A program made the translations under genes and the position numbers. DNA of 32,000 nucleotides from Candidatus Electronema halotolerans (GTDB lineage: Bacteria > Desulfobacterota > Desulfobulbia > Desulfobulbales > Desulfobulbaceae), in the NCBI GenBank assembly GCA_942493095.1, contig OW818675.1, positions 1,440,001 to 1,472,000 on the forward strand. The letters are read 5' to 3'. Below, piece after piece: positions 1 to 11,472 of the stretch. The notes beneath the pieces were generated by a model. The model was given only the letters and a program-made list of their open reading frames with translations. It was not told the DNA's origin and made no database searches. The stretch's first letter is position 1, and each line of letters opens with the position of its first letter.

Positions 1-384
1 AGGCTGAGTTGGGAAAAGACTGAGAAAGTCCTTTGAGATCAAAGAAGCTGACAACAGCGAGCGTGTCAGCAGGCAGATAGTCGGCATAGTATGCGCTTTG
101 GGAGGATGGCGCAGAAAAATGTCGGTCTGTGTAATAAAAAATCGTGCCAGCAGCACTGGTCAGCAGAACAAACAACAGGCCGATCTTTTTCATCTTGCAT
201 CTCCAAGCGGCAGGGGAACAGCGCGGACGGGAAACAGAGGGATTGTACCTGAACGCGGGGGAAAGTCAACGCTGCGGCGAGGAATGCGGGGAAACACCGG
301 GCGGCCACAGGGAACCTCGAAAAATTGGCGTGTTGGGCAAGAGCAGTATTTTTCGAGGCACCCGTCAGAGACAAGAAACACCTC

Positions 385-1647
385 TTATTCGTCACATTGC
401 TCGGACTTGATGTAGTAGTCAAAGGTTAAGGTCTTGCTGACCTTTTTCCAGCACTCGCCGCCGCTTTTGCCGCCCTTGCCAACAGGCAATGTTTTCTTGA
501 AAATCGGATAAACTTTGTCATTCACGCCGTCCTTGGGAATGGCAAAGCCCTCGATTGCCGCAGGCGGAAAGAGCCGATAGATCAGAGCCACCTCCACTTC
601 TGTGATGGCCGGGTCGGCGAGCGGATAGGTCAGCGAGCGGGTTTCACCAGCTTTGAGCCGGGTGTCAAAGGCAACTGTCTCTGCCGCCCACGTGGGCACA
701 CCGCTCTGTTCGCCAGCCTTGAAGGCTTTGAAAAACAGGGCCTTTTTATCCTCCAGCGGACTGTCCTTGAAATTCGTCCAGAGCACCTTGCCTGCTTTGT
801 CCTTGGCAGTCACTTTGACAAAGGCCATCCGCATCGGATTGGTTGAAGGAAAGCTGTGCTCAATGATATTCTTGACCGTGATGGCAACCGCCTGCTGCTT
901 GCCCTCAGCCTGAATCTTCGCCTCCACGCTGACCGCCTTTTTCAGCATTTCCAGATCATGTCCGCCTGTCATCCGGTGCGACAAATGGGTGTCCCGTGAG
1001 GCAAAGAGCAGCACTGCGCCGCCCGGCACCGCCGGCATGTGGCAGGTGATGCAGTTGCTCTGTCCTTCCTCGCTCATGGCGCAGACCGCTACATTTTTTC
1101 CGTTGAACAAATGACTGTGGCAGCCCATGCAGACTTGGCCGTCACCAAAAAGCGACGACTGGGCTGTCTTGTGCAGAGCTTCTGGATTGGCCGGGCGGCT
1201 GGTGTGAAAGGCACCGTCCTGGTTGAGCCGATAGCGGCTGAACGGTTTCTGCTCAACAACCGCTTCAATCCGATGGCAGAAGGTGCAGCCAACGCCTTCG
1301 GCCTGGGTCCAGTTGCTGCTGTCCGGCTCGGCCTGACCTGCCATCAGCTCGGCCAAGTTGTCAGACATGGGCGCATGACAGCTGCCGCAGTGGTAATTGC
1401 CCTGTTTTCCCTGCGCCTTCATGGCCTTGACAAAAGCCTGATGCACGGCCTTGTGGGCTGAATCCTTATGCACTGAGGAAAGGGCATGGAAGGATTCCTG
1501 CCATTCCTGATAGATCGTGGCATGGCAGCCAGCGCACTGATTGGACTGTTCCAGCGGCACGGCTTTTTCCGGCAGCTCATGGGCCTGCGCTTGGGGCAGC
1601 CAGCAGCAGGACAACAGGACTGCTGAAAAGATCAAACGGCATTTCAT
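385..1647 (-). CDS. Secreted multiheme (pentaheme) c-type cytochrome family protein
   Basis: 420-aa ORF with signal peptide (MKCRLIFSAVLLSCCWLPQAQA) and five CxxCH motifs: CAGCH, CGSCH, CTFCH, CMGCH, CITCH; C-terminal beta-rich region without further heme motifs. Confidence 0.92.
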   Translation of the reverse strand: MKCRLIFSAVLLSCCWLPQAQAHELPEKAVPLEQSNQCAGCHATIYQEWQESFHALSSVHKDSAHKAVHQAFVKAMKAQGKQGNYHCGSCHAPMSDNLAELMAGQAEPDSSNWTQAEGVGCTFCHRIEAVVEQKPFSRYRLNQDGAFHTSRPANPEALHKTAQSSLFGDGQVCMGCHSHLFNGKNVAVCAMSEEGQSNCITCHMPAVPGGAVLLFASRDTHLSHRMTGGHDLEMLKKAVSVEAKIQAEGKQQAVAITVKNIIEHSFPSTNPMRMAFVKVTAKDKAGKVLWTNFKDSPLEDKKALFFKAFKAGEQSGVPTWAAETVAFDTRLKAGETRSLTYPLADPAITEVEVALIYRLFPPAAIEGFAIPKDGVNDKVYPIFKKTLPVGKGGKSGGECWKKVSKTLTFDYYIKSEQCDE

Positions 1648-1718
1648 GCTGCATTCTCCTGTAACAAGTAAACACGTGGATTCAAGCTGAATCCAATTCG
1701 CAAATTATCCAGCCCGCA

Positions 1719-3170
1719 TCACTGGCCGGAGAGCTGTCGCTGCAGGCTGTGATAACGGTCCTTGGTGTAGTCGAGCATTTCCTTGGCACGTTGCAGCTTC
1801 TGACGCTCTCCCGGCACCACCAAGGTGTTAAGCGGTCCAATCTCTAAATCTCTGGCTTGCAGAATACGGTCGCGAAGGAAGCCAGCTTCATCGCCATCTT
1901 TCCAGCAGAGGAAGGACAGGTAGTCGCGCATGCGCTGACGCACCGCCTTCTTCGTTTCTGGGAAGCTGAACAGTTTATCAAATAGCGGGCGTGGCGCTTC
2001 AGCCACATCGGCGTAATCGTAGTTGCGATCTGGACCGCCTCGATTGTCGTAGTCGAACGTGTTGTCGAGGTCCCAGGTAATCAGTTTCCATTTTCCGCTG
2101 GGCTGGTGGAAATAGAGCACCTCATTGTTGAAGTTGCCATAGGCGCTGTCCCAATGCCCAACAGTGGTGGCCACGGCAGCATAGTTCATGATATTGTCCA
2201 TATCCAGCACTTGGGCCAGCTTTTCGGCAGTGTCCGCCGCAGCAAGTCGGGTGCGCAGCCCCTCAGCACCGGTGAGGTAAGCCTGGGCCGCCGTCCGCTG
2301 CTGATCGTCCTTTTCGTCAAATTTCTTGCCTTCTATGTATTTTGGTTCCAGACAGTACAGATTGAAGCCGCTGTCACCTTTCAGAGCGCAGCCATGAGAC
2401 ATGGCAAAGAAAGTGGGCTTGCTGTCATCATAGCGCATACGAAAGAAGTCTTTGTCTATGGACTCGGCTGCTAAGTAAACGCGGCGGAAGCGGTTGCCGC
2501 AATAAGTATCTTGGTCGTTTGCGCACAACTGAAATTCCACCAAAGCATAGGCAGTGCGATACACCGGAGCACCGCGCAACGTGGTGGGCTGCACCTGTTC
2601 GGCTTGAGCGGCTGCCCATGCGGCCACTCTTTCCCGAGTCAGCATGCCGTTGCCTGAGTCGTTATCTGAACTGGAATCGTTGTAACTGCGGCGCAGATTC
2701 AATTCCTCAAGGCCGAACAGGTCTCTTTTTTTGATTGCGGCCTTGGTCGCATCATCGTATTGCACCTCATGCCACGGTTCATTGCCCTGCCGGGAATAAA
2801 CTCCATGCGTGCGGTTCAAATCCACCTTGAACTGTAGGCGCGGAATGCAACGGGAGCTGTTGCCTCGGACTTTAAGAGCGGCATCTTTAAAGGCAATGCC
2901 GTTGAAAACGAAATAGCGAACATGCACCCATTTCACGTCGTCGGTCTTTTCGCAGCCGTGGTTTTTCTCGTCATCATGGAGCTGATTCCAACTCGCTTGG
3001 TTCATCTTGATATAAATGCGATGAACCTGATCATTAAAAAGCTTTTCTTGGGTCAGATTCCAAAGATTTTCCCCTTTGTTGGCCCAAGCAGCCGACAATG
3101 GAGCTACCCATAAAGGCAGGAAAATCAGAAACAGCAACGTGCGGACACGTTTTCCCATGAAAACTTTCAT
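1719..3170 (-). CDS. CotH-kinase-like secreted protein
   Basis: ORF 1719..3293; likely start at MKVFMGKRVRTLLFLIFLPLWVAPLSAAWA (signal peptide), cat at 3168-3170. CotH-like features: 'LRGNSSR', 'GKWKLITWDLDNTFDYDN'. Confidence 0.8.
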   Translation of the reverse strand: MKVFMGKRVRTLLFLIFLPLWVAPLSAAWANKGENLWNLTQEKLFNDQVHRIYIKMNQASWNQLHDDEKNHGCEKTDDVKWVHVRYFVFNGIAFKDAALKVRGNSSRCIPRLQFKVDLNRTHGVYSRQGNEPWHEVQYDDATKAAIKKRDLFGLEELNLRRSYNDSSSDNDSGNGMLTRERVAAWAAAQAEQVQPTTLRGAPVYRTAYALVEFQLCANDQDTYCGNRFRRVYLAAESIDKDFFRMRYDDSKPTFFAMSHGCALKGDSGFNLYCLEPKYIEGKKFDEKDDQQRTAAQAYLTGAEGLRTRLAAADTAEKLAQVLDMDNIMNYAAVATTVGHWDSAYGNFNNEVLYFHQPSGKWKLITWDLDNTFDYDNRGGPDRNYDYADVAEAPRPLFDKLFSFPETKKAVRQRMRDYLSFLCWKDGDEAGFLRDRILQARDLEIGPLNTLVVPGERQKLQRAKEMLDYTKDRYHSLQRQLSGQ

Positions 3171-3237
3171 GATTCTTTCCCTTTGATGGTGATCCGTCCC
3201 TCTTGAAGTCAGCCTTTTGAGGCTGTAATTCATTTTT

Positions 3238-3633
3238 TTACTTCTCAATCGACAGCACCGCAATGTATGAATCCATGTCAATCGTCTGATCAACTTCAGG
3301 ATGCGGCTTCAGCTCCTTGAGCGTGATTTTGGCCTTATTGTAGGGATAGGTCTGCTGAAACTGAGGATTGGTGTTCAGCACTGCGACCTGATTGCCATCG
3401 CCAGTCAGCTCCAGCACGATTTCCGCATTGCCTGCCCATGAACATTCACTGCCGCTCGGACAGCGCGAGTCGCTGGTGACAGCGGAAAAATGAATGACCG
3501 TGCCTTGTTCAGCCACAGTGCCATTGTATTGCAGTTCAATGATCTTGGGCGGAGTCGGCTCTTCCGGTTCGCTCTTGGCGCAGGAAACCATCAGCACGGC
3601 CAGACAGCAGCAGAACAGCAGCATCTTGTTCAT
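3238..3633 (-). CDS. Small putative lipoprotein, function unknown
   Basis: 131-aa ORF with signal peptide and lipobox-like cleavage site (LMVSC). Start overlaps the upstream gene stop by 4 nt. Confidence 0.75.
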   Translation of the reverse strand: MNKMLLFCCCLAVLMVSCAKSEPEEPTPPKIIELQYNGTVAEQGTVIHFSAVTSDSRCPSGSECSWAGNAEIVLELTGDGNQVAVLNTNPQFQQTYPYNKAKITLKELKPHPEVDQTIDMDSYIAVLSIEK

Positions 3634-4727
3634 CTTTTCTCCTTTTCTTGTTGGTTGCTTGAATGGGGCGCAAGACCGCAGTCCGCCGCAATCCGCATCA
3701 GGCTACTATATTGATTTTCCATGGAACGCACCAGCGCAAACTGCACTCTGGCCCGAAAAAGGTTCTGCTCCGGGTGATCAGCCTTAAAGTAGCGGCTGCC
3801 TGCCAGATAGTCGCTGTAAAAGCGCAGGCCCAGTTCCAAGCTGATCAGACGGACACTGGCGACGAGCAGCCGTTGGTCTTCATTTGCAAGCAATTCGGCA
3901 GCTTGTGATAAATACCCGGTCAGCACAGCAGCGAAGAGATTGCAGTCGAAAAAAATTTTTTCAGGATGCTGCACGTCCTCGCCGCAAGGATTGCAGCAGG
4001 AACGTAGGCAGTCGCCGAGATCGTGGAGCAGCAGTCCCGGCTTGACCGTGTCCAAGTCAATCAGGCTGACAACCCGCTGACCGTCCAGCGAAAAAAGGAA
4101 ATTGCCGACCTTGGGATCGCCGTGAACAGTCTGCTCCGTGATTGCTCCCTGCTGACGGGCTTCTTCCAGCAGGCGCATGTCCGTTCTGCGCTCCTCGATG
4201 AAGGCGCGGCAGTCCGCAGCCTGCGGCTGGCAGACGTTTGGCATCAGGGTGTCATAAGCAGCTAAATACTCAATCGTGTTATGGAAACCGGGCAAGGTGT
4301 CAGCCAATGGCGGAGGCGGCAGATCAGCCAGCAACGTGTGAAAGCGGCCAAGGGCGGCCCCAATTTCCTGCGCCTGCGCCGGGCTGCTGATCGATGCCAG
4401 CGTCCCTGTTCCCTCAAGATACGTGAGCAGCCGCCACCATCCGCCGCTGCGGTCTTGCCAAGCGGTCTTGCCTGCCGGGCTGCGGAGCACCTCAAAGCTG
4501 TTGCAGCCGCCTTTCCGCAGATGTTCCGTCACCCGGCAAAGGTTTTGCTGCACCAAGGCTGGCTCAGGAAAGACCGCTGGATTGAGCCGCTGGAGCACGT
4601 AGTTCTCTTGCGCAGCGGTAGTAACCAGCCATGTGCTGTTGATCCGGCCATCGCCCAACGGTGTGAACGAGGCCAATTTTGCCTTGGCCCGGAAAAAAGC
4701 AAAGGCCTGCTGGCAGAGATCAGGCAT
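3630..4727 (-). CDS. Phosphotransferase (APH / N-acetylhexosamine 1-kinase NahK-like) family protein
   Basis: Start at MPDLCQQAFAFF within ORF 3630..4796. Motifs 'GDGRINSTWLV', 'YVLQRLN', 'TVHGDPKVGNFLF', 'SLIDLDTVKPGLLLHDLGD' match the APH fold and resemble NahK-like kinases. Confidence 0.82.
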   Translation of the reverse strand: MPDLCQQAFAFFRAKAKLASFTPLGDGRINSTWLVTTAAQENYVLQRLNPAVFPEPALVQQNLCRVTEHLRKGGCNSFEVLRSPAGKTAWQDRSGGWWRLLTYLEGTGTLASISSPAQAQEIGAALGRFHTLLADLPPPPLADTLPGFHNTIEYLAAYDTLMPNVCQPQAADCRAFIEERRTDMRLLEEARQQGAITEQTVHGDPKVGNFLFSLDGQRVVSLIDLDTVKPGLLLHDLGDCLRSCCNPCGEDVQHPEKIFFDCNLFAAVLTGYLSQAAELLANEDQRLLVASVRLISLELGLRFYSDYLAGSRYFKADHPEQNLFRARVQFALVRSMENQYSSLMRIAADCGLAPHSSNQQEKEKR

Positions 4728-5049
4728 CACCTTGCCTTGCCGGATATTTGTCCGCATTGAGGACCACTTTGTGCCGGGCCGCAGCGAGCAGGTCAATATC
4801 CAAACGGTCAGCCATGCGCACCAAGTAAATCAGCACATCAGCCATTTCCAAGGCAACCGCCTCATGTTGTTCTTCGCTCAACGCAAGGCTCTGCGCCTGA
4901 GTCAGCCATTGAAAATGCTCAGTCAGCTCGGCGACCTCAACGCTCAGGGCCATAGCCAGATTTTTCGGACTGTGAAACTGCTCCCAGTCACGTTCAGCAG
5001 CAAATTTGCGGAGGAAGATTGCCAGTTCGGCCAGAGAATTGAAGGGCAT
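4720..5049 (-). CDS. MazG-like nucleotide pyrophosphohydrolase
   Basis: 109 aa; 'FAAERDWEQFHSPKNLAMALSVEVAELTEHFQW...ALEMADVLIYLVRMADRLDIDL' matches the MazG-like EExxE(12-28)ExxD pattern. Confidence 0.9.
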   Translation of the reverse strand: MPFNSLAELAIFLRKFAAERDWEQFHSPKNLAMALSVEVAELTEHFQWLTQAQSLALSEEQHEAVALEMADVLIYLVRMADRLDIDLLAAARHKVVLNADKYPARQGDA

Positions 5050-5054
5050 GATCG

Positions 5055-5083
5055 AAAAAAAAGGGCAGGCGGACAGCCTGCCC
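5055..5083 (-). terminator. Rho-independent terminator downstream of the HtrA/DegQ gene
   Basis: Perfect 8-bp stem GGGCAGGC (5063-5070) / GCCTGCCC (5076-5083), followed on the minus strand by a run of eight T. Confidence 0.8.
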
Positions 5084-5111
5084 CCAGTGGTTTCAGACGG
5101 ATATGCCGTCC

Positions 5112-6587
5112 TTATTCATCGGCTTCATACTTGAGGGCCACATACTTGCTGAACTCGCCGGTGCGGATGCGCAGCAGCACCTGATCAGAATTTTCGCCCT
5201 TGCTCAGGGCATCCTTGAGTTCAGACAGGTTATGCACCCGCACCCGGTTGACCTCCTCAATGAGCTGGCCCGGCTCAATGCCGACATTGTCAGCCGGACT
5301 GCCCTGCTCCACCTCAGTGACGATCACGCCTTGGCCGCTGTGATAGCCGAACTGCGCGGCCAGCTCAGGGGTCAGGTCTTGGAGCTGGAGGCCCAGCTTG
5401 TCCAGCAGCGAGCCATGCTGGAGCCGCATCTTCATTTTGGCCCGGCGGCTGAAGTCAGCAGGCTGCTCGGCAATCAGCACCTGCACCTGCTGCTGCTGGC
5501 TGTTGCGGATGATGTCCAATGTGACCGTGCTGCCGGGCGCAGTCATGGCGACCCGATTGCGCAGGTCGTTGACATCAGTCAATTTCGAGCCATTTAAGGA
5601 AAGAATGACATCGCCCTGCTTGAGTCCGGCTTTTTCTGCGGGCGCGTCAGGAGTCACTTCGGAAACGAGAATGCCTTCCGCTTTGGCCAGACCAAAGGAC
5701 TGGGCGAGATTTTCGTCCACATCCTGAATGATCAGGCCCAGCCAGCCCCGGATCACCTTGCCGTGGCTGCGGAGCTGCTCCTCCACGGTCTTGGCCATGT
5801 TGATGGGAATGGCCAGGCCGATGCCCATGTAGCCGCCGGTGCGGGAGAGAATGGCGCTGTTGATGCCCACAGCCTCACCCCGGATATTGAGCAGCGGCCC
5901 GCCGGAGTTGCCCGGATTGATGGCCGCGTCAGTCTGAATGAAGTTCTCGTACTCGCTGACTCCCATGCCGTTGCGGCCTTTGGCGGAAACCACGCCCACG
6001 GTCACGCTCTGGCTCAGTTCAAAAGGGCTGCCAATGGCGATCACCCATTCACCCACTTCCAGCTGGTTGGAGTCGCCCAGCGGCAGGGTGGGCAGATTGT
6101 CCGCGTCAATTTTGATCAGGGCCACATCTGACTGAGGGTCCGTGCCCACCACTTTGGCCGTGAACTCGCGCTTGTCCGCCAGCTTGACCTTGATATCGTC
6201 CACATCCTCAACCACATGATTGTTGGTGAGGATCAAGCCGTCCGGCGAGATGATGAAGCCTGAGCCTGCGCCCTCCTCCCGCTCTTCCTGCTGCCGCTGC
6301 CGGGGCATCTGGTACTGCTCAAAGTGGTCCCCAAAAAAACGGCGCAGAAAATCTTCCGGGACTCCCATCCTGCCGTTGCTGAATCCTTTCAGGTCCTTTT
6401 CCACTCTGATATAGACCACTGCCGGTCCAGCTGCTTTGACCACAGCGCTGAACGCCTTGCCGGTGCGCTCCAGCATGAGCGTGTTGCTGTCCTGGGCAAA
6501 GGCAGGCAGCCCGGAGGACAGGCAGAGACAGAGAAAACAGGCCGCAATAAACCACGGTCTGACCAAGGTGTTTTGTTGACTGCTCAT
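5112..6587 (-). CDS. degQ: Do/HtrA (DegQ/DegP) family periplasmic serine endopeptidase
   Basis: 491 aa with signal peptide; catalytic triad motifs 'TNNHVV', 'SDVALIKI', 'GNSGGPL'; two PDZ domains. Confidence 0.95.
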   Translation of the reverse strand: MSSQQNTLVRPWFIAACFLCLCLSSGLPAFAQDSNTLMLERTGKAFSAVVKAAGPAVVYIRVEKDLKGFSNGRMGVPEDFLRRFFGDHFEQYQMPRQRQQEEREEGAGSGFIISPDGLILTNNHVVEDVDDIKVKLADKREFTAKVVGTDPQSDVALIKIDADNLPTLPLGDSNQLEVGEWVIAIGSPFELSQSVTVGVVSAKGRNGMGVSEYENFIQTDAAINPGNSGGPLLNIRGEAVGINSAILSRTGGYMGIGLAIPINMAKTVEEQLRSHGKVIRGWLGLIIQDVDENLAQSFGLAKAEGILVSEVTPDAPAEKAGLKQGDVILSLNGSKLTDVNDLRNRVAMTAPGSTVTLDIIRNSQQQQVQVLIAEQPADFSRRAKMKMRLQHGSLLDKLGLQLQDLTPELAAQFGYHSGQGVIVTEVEQGSPADNVGIEPGQLIEEVNRVRVHNLSELKDALSKGENSDQVLLRIRTGEFSKYVALKYEADE

Positions 6588-7108
6588 TGTGCAGCTCCAC
6601 GGTTAAAGGGGATTAGGGAGATATGCAGGGGAGGAAACCCTTCCCTTTCCTGGCCTGCGGACTGGCCTATACTTTTATACGCGCCGCCGGAATCGTCAAG
6701 AGGAACTGCGCTGTTTTTCAGCAGCCGTCTGTTTTTCATTATTGTGGACAGAAGGATGAAAACTTACATTTTTGCAGCAACAAGACAGGGCGCGGCGATG
6801 CTGTTCTTTTCAATATGTTATTATATCAAATAGTTGTGGTGGTATTTCAAAACGGCACAATTTTTGCTGCCCCGAAACAAAACTGTTCTGTTTGCGGCAA
6901 AGAAAGCTGTTGCAGGGCGGCAGTCCGTGTGTTTGAAAATGGCCCTTGAAGAAAAATTTCTTTTTTGTTATGATTCTGTTCATTTCGCTTACAACTTTGC
7001 AAGTATTTGCGCGAAAAAGGAAAAACGGAGCATCCCGCTCTTTGAGGCTGACAATCTGATAATAACTGTTTCTAATTTCCGCGCCGCGCAGTATGGTGCT
7101 GGCTGTGA

Positions 7109-7479
<371 letters not shown>

Positions 7480-7480
<1 letters not shown>

Positions 7481-10041
7481 TGCAGAGCAAGCCGCAGGCC
7501 CGGCAGGAGGCTCTGGAGCAGCTCTGGCAGCAGGGCCTGCACGGCCATGAGCTGCTGACCAAGCACACAGAGCTGGTTGACCGCTTCATAATTGACCGCT
7601 TTGCCGCCTCCGCCGCAGTCCAGCAGGCAGGCAGCGGCATTGCCCTGATCGCCTTGGGCGGCTATGGCCGTCAGGAGCTGTATCCCTTTTCCGACATTGA
7701 CCTGCTTCTTCTCCATGAGCGCAAGGCCAGGAAATTCATGCCGGAGGCGGCGGAATCCATTCTCTATCCGCTCTGGGATGCAGGCTTTGAGGTTGGTCAC
7801 AGCGTGCGCACGGTCAAAGATGCGGTCAGCTTTGCCCGCGAGGACTTCATTTTTCAGGTTTCGCTGCTGGATGCCCGCCTGTTGGCCGGTTCAGAGACGC
7901 TGCATCAGGAGCTGCTCAAGCTGTACCGGAAAAAGGTCTTGGACGGCGGTCGGGAGCAGTTTGTCCGCACCATGGACACGATGTGCTCGGAACGCCGTCA
8001 GAAATACGGCACCCATGCCTATCTGCTCGAACCCAATATCAAGGAAGGCCGGGGCGGAATGCGGGACATTCAGGCCATGCTCTGGACGGCCAAGGCCGTG
8101 TTCGGCTTGAATGGCTTGGCGGATTTGGAAGATGCCGGTCTGCTGACTGCCGAGGAGCGGCAGGCCTTTGCCGCAGCCTGGGACATGCTGGCCAAAGTGC
8201 GCAACCGGCTTCATTATCTCAGCCGCCGCCACAACGACCAGCTCTATTTTGAGCATCAGGAGGAAATGGCTGCCGCTTTCGGCTGTCAGGATCAGGACGG
8301 CATCTTGGCGGTCGAGCATTTCATGCGCCAAATCTATCAGCAGCTCCAGACCGTGGCCGTGACTACGGATTTGTTTTTTGAGCAGGTGCATGAAAATCTC
8401 GGTCTGACTGGTCGGGGAGCAAAAGAGCAGGAGCTGGAAGCGGATATTGCCGTCCGGGCTGGCACTTTGCGGCTGGCCGTCACTGATGCCGGGCTGGCCA
8501 AGCGGCCCCTGCTGCTGCTGCGCCTTTTCCTGCAAGCGGGCCGCAGCAATCTGCCGATTCATCACCGCAGCCGCCAGCTCGTCAGCCGCAATCTCCACCT
8601 TGCTGACGAGGAGTTCCGCTCCTCGAAACGAACCGCCAAAGCCTTTGCCAGCCTGCTCCTGAGCGGCAATGCCCCGCCCGCTTTGGAAGCCATGCTGGAA
8701 ACCGGCCTGCTGCCTGCCTACATCCCTGAATTCGCCAAAGTTGAATCGCTGGCCCAGCACGATCTCTACCATATTTACACAGTTGACCGGCATCAGATTC
8801 AGACCGTGGGCGAGCTGGATCAGCTCCGCCAGACCGAGCCTGAGCTTTTTGCTGATCTGACCGCCCCGCATCTGCTCTATTTAGCCGCCCTGCTCCATGA
8901 TATTGGCAAAGGCCAGCAGAGCGATCATTCTGTGCTGGGCGCGGACAAAGCCGCTGCTGTGGCCGCGAGAATGGGCTATGCTGCTGAGGAGCAGGAAACA
9001 CTGGCCTTTCTCATCCGGCACCATCTCTTTCTCCCGGAAAACGCCCTCCGCCGCGACCTGAGCGACCGCGACTTCATCCGCGAGGCCGCTGAAATGATCG
9101 GCGACACCAAGCGGCTGCTCATGCTCCATCTGCTCTCGGTTGCGGATTCCAAAGCCACTGGCCCGTCGGCTTGGTCAGATTGGAAAGCCTCCCTTATGAC
9201 TGATCTCTTCCTCAAGCTGCGGGCCTGCTTGGACGCAGGCTGCACGGTCGCGGCAGAGCAGGATGCACACGCAGCCCAAGGCGAGGAATGGCTGCGCGAG
9301 CAGGTGAAAAATCTGCTTCAGCCGGAAGGGCGGCTGCGGATTGCCGTGGAAGACCTGCCTGCCGATTATCTGACCACCTTCACTTCAGACAGCGTGCTCC
9401 GCCATCTGCGCCTGCACCGCGATCAGGCGGCCTTGCTCCAGCAAAAAGTGCTGCTCTTTCCAGAGGAGCAGCATGGCTCATGGTCGCTGCTCATGCTCTG
9501 CCAGGACCGGCAGGGCCTGCTGGCCAAGCTCTGCGGAGTGCTGGCCCTGCACAATCTCTCTGTGCTGGCGGCCCGAATTTTCACCTGGCCAGACGGCACA
9601 GTGGTGGATGTGCTGGACCTGCTGCCCCAAGCTGAGATCAATTTTGTCGAGCAGGACTGGCAGCGGCTGGAAAGCGATCTCAACCGGGCGGTCAATTATC
9701 GTCTGGATGTCGGTTTCCAGCTCCACAGCAAGCTGGAACGCCTTGGCCAAGTGCGCCGGGTGCAGCAGACCAAGAACGAAGTCCTGATCAGCAATGAGGC
9801 CTCCCGCGACTACACGGTGATTGAGGTCTATGGCGGCGATCAGCCCGGCACCCTCTATCAGCTCACCCAAACTTTGTCTGATTTCCGCCTGAGCATCCAT
9901 CGGGCCAGAATCGCCACTGAGGTGGAGCAGCTGATTGACATATTTTATGTGACAGCGGAAAACCGCCGCAAGGTTGAAGACCCGGCCCTGCTGGACCAGG
10001 TCAGACATGCCCTGCTGCATGTCATCTGCGAGGAAGAGTGA
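7480..10041 (+). CDS. glnD: Bifunctional uridylyltransferase/uridylyl-removing enzyme (GlnD)
   Basis: 853 aa; nucleotidyltransferase motif 'GGYGRQELYPFSDIDLL', HD domain 'LAALLHDIGKG', C-terminal ACT domains. Start overlaps the glnB stop by 1 nt (TGATG). Confidence 0.96.
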
Positions 10042-10148
10042 CAAGCAAGCCAAAAAAATAACCGGTTCGACCGGTATGTTCCTTACCCTATCCCAAGCAC
10101 AAGGAGATCAAGATGACCTGTGAGAAGAAGATCAGCCGCGAAGATATT

Positions 10149-11459
10149 ATGAAAACCATTGAGGAGCAGAATGTCCGCTTCTTCCGGCTCCAATTTGTTG
10201 ACATTCTCGGCTTTATGAAGAATGTCGCCGTGCCGTTGAGCCAGATTGAGAAGGCTCTGGACGGCAAGATGATGTTCGACGGCTCCTCGATTGACGGCTT
10301 TGTCCGCATCAATGAGTCAGACATGTATCTGAAGCCGGACTACAACACCTTCACTGTCCTGCCGTGGCGCAATCAGAACGGCACCAATGCGGCCCGGATC
10401 ATCTGCGATGTCTATATGCCGGACGGCACCCCGTTCTCAGGCTGCCCGCGCAACAATCTGAAGCGGGTGCTGGCCGAGGCCAAAGAGCTGGGCTACACCA
10501 TGAACGTGGGCACTGAGGCTGAGTTCTTCCTCTTTGAGAAGGATGAGAACGGCAGAGCCACCACCGAGACCAGTGATGTGGCCGGATATTTCGATGTTGA
10601 CCCGGATGACTGCGGCATCAACTGCCGCCGCGAGATCATTGAGACCCTTGAAGCAATGGGCTTTGAGATCGAGGCTTCCCATCACGAAGTTGCCGAGGGC
10701 CAGCACGAGGTCAACTTCAAGTATGCCGACGCGCTGACTGCGGCTGACAACACCGTGACTTTCAAGTGGGTTGTCCGCTCCATCGCCGCTGAGTACGGCC
10801 TGCACGCGACCTTCATGCCCAAGCCGGTCTTTGGCATCAACGGCTCTGGCATGCACACCAACCAGTCCCTGTTCAATCTGGACGGCACCAACGCCTTTTA
10901 TGATCCGAAAGGCCCGCTGGAGCTTTCCGAGGTTGCGTACAAGTACATTGCCGGCATCTGCAAGAACGCGCCCGGCTTTGTCGCTGTGACCAACCCGTTG
11001 GTCAACTCCTACAAGCGGCTGGTGCCTGGCTACGAGGCACCGGTGTATGTTGCCTGGTCCGCCTCCAACCGTTCGGCCATGGTCCGCATTCCGGCCTCAC
11101 GCGGTCTTGGCACTCGCACCGAGGTGCGCTGCCCGGATCCGACCTGCAATCCATATTTAGCTTTCGCCATGATGCTGAATTCCGGTCTGGACGGGGTGAA
11201 GAACAATCTTGAGGCTCCGGCTGCCGTCAACAAGGACATCTTCAAGATGACTGCGCAGGAGAAGGTGGAGGCAGGCATCCAGAGCCTGCCCGCCAACCTG
11301 CAAGATGCCATTGAGGCTCTCAAAGCCAATCCGATTGCTGAAGAGGCGCTCGGCAAGCACATCCTTGAGCACTACATTGAGAACAAGGAAGCTGAGTGGG
11401 ATGACTACCGCACCGCAGTCACTGACTGGGAGATCAAGAAGTATCTGAACAACTACTAA
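10149..11459 (+). CDS. glnA: Glutamine synthetase type I
   Basis: Start [21 protein letters not shown] in ORF 10113..11459. 'DGSSIDGF', '[10 protein letters not shown]', '[11 protein letters not shown]', '[30 protein letters not shown]' are GS signatures. Confidence 0.97.
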   Translation: MKTIEEQNVRFFRLQFVDILGFMKNVAVPLSQIEKALDGKMMFDGSSIDGFVRINESDMYLKPDYNTFTVLPWRNQNGTNAARIICDVYMPDGTPFSGCPRNNLKRVLAEAKELGYTMNVGTEAEFFLFEKDENGRATTETSDVAGYFDVDPDDCGINCRREIIETLEAMGFEIEASHHEVAEGQHEVNFKYADALTAADNTVTFKWVVRSIAAEYGLHATFMPKPVFGINGSGMHTNQSLFNLDGTNAFYDPKGPLELSEVAYKYIAGICKNAPGFVAVTNPLVNSYKRLVPGYEAPVYVAWSASNRSAMVRIPASRGLGTRTEVRCPDPTCNPYLAFAMMLNSGLDGVKNNLEAPAAVNKDIFKMTAQEKVEAGIQSLPANLQDAIEALKANPIAEEALGKHILEHYIENKEAEWDDYRTAVTDWEIKKYLNNY

Positions 11460-11472
11460 GCACAGCCTTTCC

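Noticed and set aside
66-422. 118-aa and overlapping ORFs at the left edge
   Set aside because: Competing ORFs on both strands, no signal peptide, domain or convincing RBS; treated as non-coding/unsupported.
7891-8871. 326-aa minus-strand ORF
   Set aside because: Antisense shadow of glnD; no recognisable domain.
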